Source: Octopus sinensis
Lineage: Eukaryota
DNA: 64,000 nt
Direction of reading: 5' to 3'
NCBI RefSeq assembly: GCF_006345805.1
Contig: NC_043026.1
Span: 12,317,579-12,381,578, forward strand
The first letter of the stretch is position 1; every line of letters begins with the position of its first letter. A program made the translations under genes and the position numbers. The notes beneath the pieces are model-generated. The model saw nothing but the letters and a program-made list of their open reading frames with translations, searched no databases and was not told where the DNA came from. Of this stretch, positions 25,735 to 37,645 are shown piece after piece.

Positions 25735-26259
25735 TCTCTCTCTATATAAACGGCAGTTTGTCTGTCTGTGTGTCTGTGTGTCTGTGTGTCTGTGTGTCTG
25801 TCAGGTTGTACCCTCACCCTGACCACGGCTTTCAACCGATTCTGATGAAACTTGACATAGCCCAATGTCATAATTCAAAACTAACGCAGCGAAAATTTTG
25901 AAAAGTTCCCCCAGTTCTGAAAAAAATTAATAAATTCGACATGGGGTCGAGAATATAAGCTTTTTATTTGCAACACATTTTCTATTGTAGTTTTCGCAAC
26001 ATGGAATCGATTTTCACCAAACTCATGGTGAAGCTTAATGTTACTTAATTCTGGCGTTAGTTTTCCATGCAATACCTTACCATCAGAAAAAAATCGATAA
26101 AGTCATGCCATTTTGGGAAATCGCGTTCAAATTCAAGATGACATATTTTCGACAACATCTTTAACAAATTGGCAGGAATTTTTTTTTAATTCACAGCGAG
26201 CATCATGTCTGCTCCAGGGGCTCTTACATACCCGGGCAATGCCGGGCTATGCTGCTAGT
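25735..26259 (+). mobile_element. Helentron/HINE (DINE-1-like) non-autonomous element
   Basis: 5' TCTCTCTATATAAA, GTCT/GT microsatellite, 3' hairpin CCCGGGCAATGCCGGG followed by CTAGT. Confidence 0.7.
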
Positions 26260-26640
26260 TTATATTATAAGTATGGTTATTTCGTGCATGAATGTATGTG
26301 ATATTGTTATTAGGTTTATGGTAAGGTTGATAAGATGATGTATTGAGGTTAAAGTTAACGCCTAAGAAGTTCGCTGAGTTGTGTTCTTTTTCAAAATGTG
26401 ATGGCTAGTCCTTCGTTTTTTAATATACTCTCTCTTTTACTTGTTTCAGTCATTTGACTGCGGCCATTCTGGAGCACCACCTTTAATCGAGCAACTCGAC
26501 CCCGGGACTTATTCTTTGTAAGCCCAGTACTTATTCTATCGGTCTCTTTTTGCCGAACCGCTAAGTGACGGGGACATAAACACACCAGCATCGGTTGTCA
26601 AGCAAAGCTAGGGGGACAAACACAGACACACAAACACACG

Positions 26641-26674
<34 letters not shown>

Positions 26675-26949
26675 ACGGGCTTCTTTCAGTTTCCGTCTAC
26701 CAAATCCACTCACAAGGCATTGGTCGGCCCGAGGCTATAGCAGAAGACACTTGCCCAAGGTGCCACGCAGTGGGACTGAACCCAGAACCATGTGGTTGGT
26801 AAGCAAGCTACTTACCACACAGCCACTCCTGGGCCTTTATTTTCATTGTATACCTCTCATAACTGTCAAATCATATGTAATTTAAATATAACTATGCTGT
26901 CCTATTGGACGCTTATTTATATGCATATAACTACACGTATGTGTAGGTA

Positions 26950-27290
26950 TCATCATCATCATCGTCGTTTAACGTCCGTTTTCCATGCTAGCATGGGCTG
27001 GACGGTTCGATCGGGGTCTGGGAAGCCAGGAGGCTGCACCAGGCTCCAGTCTGATCTGGTAGTGTTTCTACAGCTGGATGCCCTTCCTAACGCCAACCAC
27101 TCCGAGAGTGTAGTGGGTGCTTTTTACGTGCCACCGGCACAGGTGCCAGGAGAGTCTGGCAAATGGCCAAGATCGGTTGTTGCTTTTACGTGTCACCGAC
27201 ACGGATGCCAGTCAGGCGGCGCTAGCAACTGCCACGTTCGGATGGTGCTTTTAACGTGTCACCGACACGGGTATCTTAAAACGGGTATAT
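26950..27290 (-). mobile_element. SINE family E with AGGAAGGGCATCC central motif and (CAT/GAT)n tail
   Basis: Homologous to 37730-38120; fragments at ~29495 and ~52590. Confidence 0.7.
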
Positions 27291-28024
27291 GTATATATAT
27301 ATGTGTGTATCTTTGTATATATATACACTTTTACTTGTTTCAGTCATTTGACTGCGGCCATGCTGGAGTACCGCCTTTAGTCGAGCAAATCGACCCCGGG
27401 ACTTATTCTTTGTAAGCCCAGTACTTATTCTATTGGTCTCTTTTGCCGAACCGCTAAGTAACGGGACGTAAACACACCAGCATCGGTTGTCAAGCAATGC
27501 TGGGGGACAAACACAGACACACAATCACACACACATATATAATAATTTATATATACATATATACGACAGGTTTCTTTCAGTTTCCGTCTACTAAATCCAC
27601 TCACAAGGCATTGGTCGGCCCGGGCTATAGCAGAAGACACTTGCCAAGATGCCACGCAGTGGGACTGAACCCGCAACCATGTGGTTGGTTAGCAAGCTAC
27701 TTACCACACAATATAATTTACTCCTTATGATAAATGCTTTATATGATGTGTATTTCACTATATTACTTTTCTTCGCATAGAGAGAATGTTTCTTAAACAT
27801 TGATAGATTTTGCATTTAAAATGGCAACACTGGTGCTACATAGTTCCTCAGCTTGCTAGAAATAGCAGCCACATTTCCTTCACATCACACCAGTCAGTCT
27901 GTGAGGCCTAACATTCAAAGATCGTGTTTCATCACCTGAATTAAATAACTGGTGATCAAATGTTCATGCTACACACTAGCTCACTCTCTCTCTCTCCATC
28001 TGTATACACACACACACACATCCA

Positions 28025-28059
<35 letters not shown>

Positions 28060-28800
28060 TAAATTAGAGACAAAACCACTATTAGGCAAATCAAACAATG
28101 AAAAACTTAAGCCAATACATAATATTATTTAATTTTATTATTTAAATATAAACAAAATTATTAAAAAAATATAATTAATATCACACTACGATCGTTTCAT
28201 GCCTGCTAACATCTTCAAATTTTTGGAGTCGCAGTCTTCATCAGGTGGTTTAAATATTTTTCTTGGCGTGGTTTAAACAATGAACTAATTTAATATAATA
28301 TAATATAATATTTTACTATGAAATTGGATTCAATCCTAAATCTAATTTTTCCCTGTAAGTTGGATTATCCCTAATATTATTATTTATATATTATTATATA
28401 TATATAAAAATTTTAAAAACCACCTTTCATCAATTCAAAATGAACAATTAAATTACACCATTTCTTAAATATAGCCATGAAACATGTGTTGTTATTCTAC
28501 AAATTATATACGTTTTTATTTTTTTTTTTTTTTTGCAATTTACTTAATCATTGACGTTTTATTGTTATTTTAATTTTAAAACTTCTATTATATGTAATTT
28601 TCTAGACAGTGTTATTTAATTGTTCATTTTGAATTGATAAAAGGTGGATTTTTTTCTAATTATTTATATATATTATATTGTGTGAAATTTGATTTAGTAT
28701 TTCTAAATTGAATTTTTTCCTTGTAAGTTTGGATTTTATCCCTCATAATAATAATTATAATATATATAATATATAATATATATATATAATATATATATAT
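28060..28800. mobile_element. Penelope-like terminal region with hammerhead core at 28184-28248 (-)
   Basis: Same start motif as 17730 after (TA)n; CCAC-CUGAUGA-AGACUGC..GCAGGCAU-GAAAC GAUC GUA-GUGU; stems partly mismatched. Confidence 0.6.
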
Positions 28801-28814
28801 TTTATTTTATTTTG

Positions 28815-28926
28815 TAGAAGGAGCTTCTACAGGACTAGAACTGTTTCATTCAAATGAAATCTTCAGGAAGCTTCCTGAAGATTTCATTTGAATGAAACAG
28901 TTCTAGTCCTGTAGAAGCTCCTTCTA
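28815..28926. repeat. Perfect 112-bp palindrome (56-bp arms, no spacer); each strand carries a hammerhead-like core
   Basis: Arms checked base by base; centre between 28870 and 28871 (GGAAG|CTTCC); CTGAAGA..GAAAC..GTC on each strand. Confidence 0.92.
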
Positions 28927-29004
28927 TAAAATAAATTAATTTACTCTGCTATGTATTGAGTACCTTATTAACTGTGGTTAACCCCGACTCAACCCGGGAC
29001 CTAC

Positions 29005-29091
<87 letters not shown>

Positions 29092-29274
29092 ACATATATA
29101 TATAGATATCATACATATAATATATTATGGTATAATTCAAAGGTTTATAAGAATATAGTAGTGAAAGTATTTGTAAATGAAAACAGAAAAAATTCATATA
29201 TTGTGGTAAAAAAGAAAAATAATGGAAAAATTAATTATATTTTCCCAAAAAGCGGTCAAAAGAGATGAGAAAAT

Positions 29275-29395
29275 CACCAAACTGCAGTGCTGTCTGTGGT
29301 AAATCATTCTCTTAAAAGTGTCACCTCCTCTACACAAACACACTGATGAAGGGGAGAAAACCTTATCATTTGATATTTAGTAAATCTGGTTTGCA
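29275..29395 (+). pseudogene. Decayed C2H2 zinc-finger fragment
   Basis: Reads CGKSFS*KCHL..HKHTDEGEKPYH-DI-SKS when frameshifts and a stop are allowed. Confidence 0.5.
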
Positions 29396-29654
29396 AGATT
29401 CTGTATGTGAAGCAAATTTTGTTGTGTCTAGGGAGTGTCATTATGCCAATATAATTATTCACACACACACTGATTCAATTCCATTCATTTACTCATCATC
29501 ATCATCATCATCATCATCGTTTAACGTCCGCTTTCCATGCTAGCATGGGTTGGACAACTAAATATATGAATTTTTTTTCTTTTTGTCAAAGCCTTTTCAT
29601 TGTTTTTTGCAACCTTCTCAGTGAGTATTTCATTATACAATAACAGATTAAAAA

Positions 29655-30002
29655 GGTAAAGGACAAAGACCCCCTTCAGTCATGAATGACCATAGGATTG
29701 CACCTAGAAAGTTTTCCTCCCTGGCACAAGTCCAGGCAATATAGTTTATGGAAGACCAGCAGTCACCCATGCATATCAGCCTCTACTTTCCACGCCACCA
29801 ATGTTATCCAAGGGAAAGACAAAGGGACCGATACAGCTTGGCACCTGTGACGTCGCAACTCATTTCTACAGCTGAGTGAACTGGAGCAACGTGAAATAAA
29901 GTGCCTTGCTCAAGAACACAACACGCAACCCGGTCCATGAATCAAAGTCACTGCCTCATGGTTGTGAATCCGACACTCTAACCACTGAACCATGTACTTT
30001 CA
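29655..30002 (-). mobile_element. tRNA-derived SINE family G
   Basis: tRNA-like head at ~29930-30000 followed by GAGCAAGGCACTTTATTTCACGTTGCTCCAG; head fragment also at 63375-63460. Confidence 0.6.
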
Positions 30003-30209
30003 CCATAAGAGATTACATGTATAATGTATGTGTGTGTGTGAACAGTGTCTTTTATATTCTTCTAAGTAGCTTCTTCTGTAACTTGTTTGTATGTATCCCA
30101 TCATAGAAATGGTTCTGATGTTGGTTTAAACTTTATATAATGCTACTTTTTATTTATAACATGATTCTGTCATGACTTAACTGAATGTTAGCTTATCTTT
30201 AACTAAATT

Positions 30210-31053
30210 TCTATATATATAAAGCTGAAGTTGTCTGTGTGTGGCAGATTTGGTAGCCTTCAACTAACACTATCTCCTCCGAGACCCTGCGGTGCAAGTT
30301 GACCAAAATTGAGAGTACGATAGAAGAAGGCTTGCTTTTCCTTCCGTAGAAGATAAAATTCAAATTGGACAATATTAAGACCAAAAATTATTTACATCAA
30401 AAAGGTGCTTTTTTCTATGAAAATCCCTATTTTTTACTATTTATAAAGCTGATGTTGTCTGTGTATGGCAGATTTGGTAGCCTTCAACTAACACTATCTC
30501 CTCCGAGACCCTGCGGTGCAAGTTGACCAAAATTGAGAGTACGATAGAAGAAGGCTTGCTCTTCCTTCCGTAGAAGATAAAATTCAAATTGGACAATATT
30601 AAGACCAAAAATTATTTACATCAAAAAGGTGCTTTTTTCTATGAAAATCCCTATTTTTACTATTTATAAAGCTGATGTTGTCTGTGTATGGCAGATTTGG
30701 TAGCCTTCAACTAACACTATCTCCTCCGAGACCCTGTGACGCAAGTTGACCAAAATTGAGAGTATGATAGAAGAAGGCTTGCTCTTCCTTCCATAGAAGA
30801 AAAAATTCAAATCGGACCATGTTAACACCAAAAATTATTTACATCAAAAAGATGCTTTTTTTCTATGAAAATCCCTATTTTTTATGATTTTTTGACTGCT
30901 GTGTCGCCATTTCTCGGTGTATTTCAACCAGAAAAATGTTCACTTAAAGAGAAAAACAAGTTACATAATGCAAAATTTTTACTTTTCAAAAATTCTAATT
31001 CTAAAGGGTCGAAAGAAAAACAAGCCCGAGCAATGCTGGGCTATACTGCTAGT
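30210..31053 (+). mobile_element. Helentron/HINE-like element with triplicated ~223-bp 5' unit
   Basis: Units at 30221, 30445 and 30668; 3' hairpin GCCCGAGCAATGCTGGGC followed by CTAGT. Confidence 0.72.
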
Positions 31054-31789
31054 ATGAATATAAAATGAAGAATATTTGACGAGTTAGGTGCAAGAATGGT
31101 TGTGTGGTAAGAAATTGGTTTCCTAACCACATGCTCCCAGGTTCAGTCCCACTGCATGGCACCTTGGGTAAGTATCTTTTACTCAAACCCCAGGCAGATC
31201 AAAGCCTTGTAAATGGACTTGGTGGATGGAAACTGAAACAAGCTCATCGTCAGAGTGAGAGGCAGACTGTATGGAGCCTGTATGTGGACAGGTATGCAAC
31301 ACGGCAGTAAATCATGGGCTGGGATTACCAAGGACATGTGTAGGCTTGAAAGAAATGAAACTGACATGCTTCACTGGCATGGCTGTGTGGTAGAAAAGCT
31401 TGCTTCCCAACCAAATGGTTTTGGGTTCAATCCCACTGCATTTCACCTAGAGCAAGTGTCTTCTGCGATAGCCTTAGGCCGACCAAAGCCTTGTGAGTGG
31501 ATTTGGTAGACAGAAACTGAAAGAAGCCCATCAAATATATATATATGTATATATTTATGTATGTCTTTATGTCTGTGTTTGTACCCCTGTCATTGCTTCA
31601 CAACTGATGCTGATGTGTTTACATACCTGTAACTTAGTGGTTCAGCAAAAAAGACTGATAGAATAAGTCCTGGGGATGATTTCTTAGACTAAAAACCTGG
31701 CTGCAGTCAAATGACTGAAACAAGTAAAATAAAATGTCTTATTTTGTTTTTGGATTTGGTTTCACCATCATCATCATTGTCCCTGCTGG

Positions 31790-32645
31790 CATGGGTTGGA
31801 CGGGACGCCAGTCCATCGCAGGTGAGCTGTAAGATGCAGGAGGAAAGAGTGAGAGAAAGTTGTGGCAAAAGAGTCAGCAGAAGTTTCACCATTACCTTCT
31901 GCCGGAGCCGCGTGGAGCTTAGGTGTTTTCGCTCATAAACACACACATCGTCCAGTCTGAGATTCGAACCCTCGATCCCTCGACCGCAAGTCCGCTGCTC
32001 TAACCGCTAGGCCATGTGCCTCCACAAAACAAAACAGTACCTTCTCGAGCCATGCCTGGCTCATAAGGGCTGGTTTCCCGGTTTCCTTGGCATATAGGTT
32101 CCCCACCTGTACGGGACGCCAGTCCATCGCAGGTGAGCTGCAAGACACAGGAGGAAAGAGTGAGAGAAAGTTGTGGTGAAAGAGTCAGCAGAAGTTTCGC
32201 CATTACCTTCTGCCGGAGCCGCGTGGAGCTTAGGTGTTTCGCTCATAAACACACACATCGTCCAGTCTGAGATTCGAACCCTCGATCCCTTGAGCGCAAG
32301 TCCACTGCTCTAAACGCTAGGCCATGTGCCTCCACAAAACAAAACAGTACCTTCTCGAGCCATGCCTGGCTCATAAGGGCCGGTTTCCCGGTTTCCTTGG
32401 CATATAGGTTCCCTACCTGGACGGGACGCCAGTCCGTCGCAGGTGAGCTGCAAGATGCAGGAGGAAAGAGTGAGAGAAAGTTGTGGCGAAAGAGTCAGCA
32501 GAAGTTTTGCCATTGCCTTCTGCCGGAGCCACGTGGACCTTAGGTGTTTCACTCATAAACACACGCATCGTCCAGTCTGAGATTCGAACCCGCGATCCCT
32601 CGACCGCGAGTCCGCTGCTCTAACCACTAGGCCATGTGCCTCCAC
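31790..32645 (-). mobile_element. Tandem trimer of SINE family D (~300-bp units)
   Basis: Head shared with family C but a different body (CTGCGATGGACTGGCGTCCCGT) and tail; linker ACAAAACAAAACAGTACC. Confidence 0.82.
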
Positions 32646-32950
32646 TATAGCATCCATCGGCCTGCAGAATTCTACTAATCACTCAAGCAATATGATAATC
32701 ACATCAAGACATGGGTATCACTTTCTTTAAGTTAATTTTATTAAACAATATTACAAAAATTCTGTTATAAATAGTGCTTTCACTGGTAAATCAATTTTGG
32801 CAGAGTTAATTTTGACAGTTCAGGAAAACACCAATCAGTAAATACTATGCTCAGAAGGGTTCTAATTTAAACCCCACACAAGAAAAATCAATATTAGTAA
32901 TTTGGTAACAAATTTTGGTACAAGGCCCATAATTTCAGGGAAGGTGTTAA

Positions 32951-33171
32951 CCCTTTCGTTACTGTATTTATTTTAAGATGCCCTGTGTTTCTTTCAATTA
33001 TTTTAAATATAACAAAGAATTTAGTAAAATAATTTAACTATCATTAAGCAAGTGTTAGGAACATAAATTGCAACTAAGGTTTGGTGGTATATTTTAATGA
33101 AAAACTTATGGAAACAAGACATTTCTACTACAGAGCCAGAGCCGGTTTTGGCCAGGTTGGTAACAAAAGGG
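32951..33171. mobile_element. piggyBac-type MITE
   Basis: TTAA TSDs at 32947-32950 and 33172-33175; TIR CCCTTTCGTTAC/GTAACAAAAGGG; paralogous empty site near 33320. Confidence 0.85.
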
Positions 33172-33764
33172 TTAAGTTGATTATATTAACTCCAGTGCTC
33201 AGTTTAATTCTATTAAATATTATGCTCAGAAGGGTCATAATTTAAACTCCACACAAGAAAAATCAATATTGGTAATTTGGTTACAAATTTTGGCACAAGG
33301 CCCATAAATTCAGGGAAGGAGTTAAGTTGATTATATCAACTCCAGTACTCAGCTGAATTCACTGACCCCAAAAGGATGAAAGGCAAAGTTGACCTCATTG
33401 GAATTTGAACTCAGAATGTAAGGACGGATGAAATGCTGCTAAACATTTTACCTGGAATAGAAACGATTCTGCCAGCTCGCCACCTTAATCAATATTGATA
33501 ATATTGATTATTGATACATTTTTCTGTGAAGTGTTTAGTACAACCTGAATTTTGATACATATACAGTTACTTTTTGTTTACTTTTTTACTTGTTTCAGTG
33601 CTGGAGCACCGCCTTTAATTGAGCAACTCGACCCCAGGACTTATTCTTTGTAAGCCCAGTACTTATTCTATCGGTCTCTTTTGCCAAACCGCTAAGTGAC
33701 GGGGACGTAAACACACCAGCATCGGTTGACAAGCAATGCTAGGGGGACAAACACAGACACACAA

Positions 33765-33824
<60 letters not shown>

Positions 33825-34201
33825 GTACGACAGGCTTCTTTCAGTTTCCGTCTACCAAATCCACTCACAAGGCTTTGGTCGGCCCGGGGCTATAGCAGAA
33901 GACACTTGCCCAAGATGCCACGCAGTGGGACTGAACCCGAAACCATGTGGTTGGTAAGCAAGCTACTTACCACACAGCCACTCCTGCGCCTACATATACA
34001 GTTACTTTTTATTAGGAATACCTATACACATCAGACAATTTTAATCAATAAATACTATGCTCAGAGAGTTTTAATTTACATCCTACACAAGAAATTATCA
34101 ATATTGATAATTTGGCTTCAAATTTTGTCACAAAGCCATCAAGTTTTTATTGCTATATTTCTCTGTGAAATATTTACATCCTAAATTTTGATGCAGATAG
34201 T

Positions 34202-34591
34202 AGTAGTAGGAGCACTCCGTCGGTTACAACGATGAGGGTCCCAGCTGATACGATCAACGGAACAGCTTGCTCGTGGAATTAACATGCAAGTGGCTGAGCA
34301 TTCCACAGACACGTGTACCCTTAACGTAGTTCTCGGGGATATTCAGCGTGACACAGAGAGAGTGACAAGGCCGGCCCCTTGAAATACAGGTACAACAGAA
34401 ACAGGAAGAAAGAGTGAGAGAAAGTTGTGGTGAAAGAGTACAGCAGGGTTCACCACCACCCCCTGCAGGAGCCTTGTGAAGCTTTAGGTGTTTTCGCTCA
34501 ATAAACACTCACAATGCCTGGTCTGGGAATCGAAACCGCGATCCTACAACCGTGAGTCCGCTGCCCTAACCACTGGGCCATTGCGCCTCCG
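34202..34591 (-). mobile_element. SINE-C inserted just 3' of the ZNF stop codon
   Basis: 15-bp TSD TTTGATGCAGATAGT at 34187-34201 and 34592-34606. Confidence 0.88.
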
Positions 34592-34605
34592 TTTGATGCA
34601 GATAG

Positions 34606-35193
34606 TTACTTTTTAGTATGAATACTTATATGCGTAGTTAAGTGTCCTTTTTCAGAGAATGACTTGCTACAGATATCACACTGATATGGTTTCTCTCCTG
34701 TATGAACTCGTTTGTGTCTGGCTAAGTGGTGATTATGAGAGAATGATTTACCGCAGATATCACAGTGATATGATTTCTCTCCTGTATGAATACGTTTGTG
34801 TATAGTCAAGTTAGGATTATGAGAAAATGATTTACCACAGACGTCACAGGGATATGGTTTCTCACCTGTATGAATGCGTATGTGAATGGTCAAGTCACCA
34901 CTCCCAGAGAATGATTTACCACAGACATCGCATTCATAAGGCTTCTCTCCTGTATGAATGCGTACATGTTTGGTTAAGGTATTTCCTCCAGAGAATGTTT
35001 TACCACAGATATCACACCGATATGGTTTCTCACCTGTATGAATACGTTTGTGCCTGGTGAGGTTACCTCTTTGAGAGAATGTCTTTTTACAGATATCACA
35101 TAAATATGAAGTTTTGCCAATTTCCTTCTTTGTATCAGCAGAATAATTAATACTTTTACATATAACCTTGTTTCCACATAATTCATTTGCCAT
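34606..35193 (-). CDS. C2H2 zinc-finger protein, 6 fingers (ZNF-1), 195 aa
   Basis: CxxC-x12-HxxxH fingers with TGEKPY linkers; intact ATG to TAA; no recognisable effector domain. Confidence 0.9.
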   Translation of the reverse strand: MANELCGNKVICKSINYSADTKKEIGKTSYLCDICKKTFSQRGNLTRHKRIHTGEKPYRCDICGKTFSGGNTLTKHVRIHTGEKPYECDVCGKSFSGSGDLTIHIRIHTGEKPYPCDVCGKSFSHNPNLTIHKRIHTGEKSYHCDICGKSFSHNHHLARHKRVHTGEKPYQCDICSKSFSEKGHLTTHISIHTKK

Positions 35194-35389
35194 AATTATT
35201 CTTTTCTCACCAAAAAGAAAACAGTTGGTTTTCCGTTTTTTTCTGATTTTATATTTTATTCTGTAGAACTATTGAACACTTTTAACATTCAAATTACTCC
35301 ATCAAATACAACGCTTATTTAATCAAATTGTTTTGAATTAATCGTGTATTATCTCATGACCGAGATTTTGAAGATGCGACTGTTTATTA

Positions 35390-35693
35390 AGATAACATTG
35401 TAGGGTGGGTGTGAAAGGCTTGACCAGGCCAGTTTGAACAATGACAAAAATAGGCTGTTTTGACCAGATATGGCCAACTTAAATGCTAAAGGAAAACATT
35501 GTAGGGTATGTGTGAAAGGCTTGATCAGGCCAGTTTGAACGATGACACAAATAGATTGTTTTGACCAGAGATGACCAGCCTAAATGCTAAAGGATAACAT
35601 TGTAGGGTAGGTGTGAAAGGCTTGATCAGGCCAGTTTGAACAATGAAACAAATAGACTGTTTTGACCAGATATGACCAGCTTAAATGCTAAAG
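35390..35693. repeat. 3 x 101-bp tandem repeat
   Basis: CATTGTAGGG at 35396, 35497 and 35598; probably MITE-derived. Confidence 0.8.
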
Positions 35694-36997
35694 GATTAAA
35701 CTACGATTGTATTTTCAGAAACTGTGTCCCTTTTTTTTTTTTTTTTTCATACATACAAAAACACTGCACACTTTTTTAATAATCCAAAATTAATTGGAGT
35801 GAGAAATCATTGTCATTTTGTAAGCATTCTAGACAATGAAACAAAGAACTATTGTTATTAATCTGAGTTCAGAAGAAATATTTCACCATAAATTTATATG
35901 AACAAGGCTACGTCCATTCTGTGTAACATTTACTGATGATGTATTGAAGTAATCAATTCTTTGATACCAGTGTCAGCTGATGATCTGAAATAATAAAAGA
36001 ACAAAAGTGTAAGACATAAAGGATACTTAAAAAGTAAAAGATACATCAGTGGAAATCTTATTATCTATTTATATATATATATATATATATACTTAATAAT
36101 TAGGGTTCAGCAAAGATTTGCTTTACCACATACCGAAGTTTAGAAATAGCAGCCAAAAACCTTAGCTATTTCTTCTACTTTAAAAAGGGACTCCCAGAAA
36201 AACCAAAATACTTGAAAACAATCCACGCAGGCAGAGAGGAAGAGTAACGAAAATCAATCAATATCTGATCACCTATGGACGCGCGTTTCGGAATTAGGTT
36301 ATGGCTGTGTGGTAAGTAGCTTGCTAACCAACCACATGGTTCCGGGTTCAGTCCCACTGCGTGGCATCTTGAGCAAGTGTCTTCTGCTATAGCCTCGGGC
36401 TGACCAATGCCTTGTGAGTGGATTTGGTAGACGGAAACTGAAAGAAGCCCGTCGTATATATGTGTATATATATATATATGTGTGTGTGTGTGTTTGTGTG
36501 TCTGTGTTTGTCCCCCTAGCATTGCTTGACAACCGATACTGGTGTGTTTACGTCCCCGTCACTTAGCGGTTCGGCAAAAGGGACCGATAGAATAAGTACT
36601 GGGCTTACAAAGAATAAGTCCCGGGATCGATTGGCTCGTCTAAAGGTGGTGCTCCAGCATGGCCACAGTCAAATGACTGAAACAAGTAAAAGAGTAAAAG
36701 AGTAAAGAGTATATAATTATACTTTACCAACCATTTTCCTCTTCAGCATAGGACCCCAAAATTCGAAGGTACTGGAACAATTGAACATATCTCTCTACCT
36801 AACGGTATCAGACAGATAATATTCAGTGTTAGTACCGCCGAATTCAAAACATGAATGTGGTTCAGTTACCCTCCCCTGCCCATCCTCGTGTGACTTCAAG
36901 TAAACTACTACAGAAAAAACCTGTAGTTTGCTATTATCAATAATAACGAAGGGTAAAATTAATTAAGAAGTAATCAATATATATATATATATATAAA

Positions 36998-37037
36998 TCT
37001 GTCCGATGAACGGCAACGGGAAACTCAGAGTAACAGG
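36998..37037 (+). ncRNA. Hammerhead-like motif with a U4-to-C core change, in a ~75-bp insert between (TA)n tracts
   Basis: UCUGU-CCGAUGA-ACGGCAACGG-GAAAC UCAGA GUA-ACAGG; 5-bp stem I, weak stem II. Confidence 0.5.
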
Positions 37038-37094
37038 TTTTGTTGGATTTTCTGCTGCTTTAAATAAAGTATATATATATATATATATATATAT

Positions 37095-37591
37095 ACAAAT
37101 AAATGAAAGAATGGAGTTGAACAACGATTTAACAAAATTCCATTATTCTCGACATATGTTTCGAAGGCTGCATATTCCTAATTTCGAAGGAATAAGGGGT
37201 GCATTATGCCGCCTTCTCATCAGGAGAGACAAGGAACTTATGTCGCTATGGACTCCGAGTGGGCAGTCATCTAAGAGTTTTTGTTCATCTTGATGCTGAC
37301 CTAAGTTCCTTGTCTTTCCTGATGAGAAGGCGGCATAATGCACCCCTTATTCCTTCGAAATTAGGAATATGCAGCCTTCGAAACATATGTCGAGAATAAA
37401 GGAATTTTGTTAAATCGTTGTTCAACTCCATTCTTTCATTTATTTGTATTAAAAAAAACACACAAATTTCCACACGAAAGCACGTGATCTCTGCCCTTGG
37501 CATGTAGCTTCAACCGTGTTTTTCTGACGTGAATTTGCTACCCAGGTATCGGTTAACCGAATTATCCATACTAGGATAATTCATTCAACTA

Positions 37592-37595
<4 letters not shown>
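37095..37595. mobile_element. Hammerhead-bearing element, copy 3 (37262-37595, +) preceded by an inverted partial copy (37095-37243, -)
   Basis: Intact cores at 37315-37395 (+) and 37147-37227 (-): CUGAUGA-GAAGGC..GCCUUC-GAAAC AUAU GUC-GAGA; (TA)n on both flanks. Confidence 0.82.
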
Positions 37596-37645
<50 letters not shown>

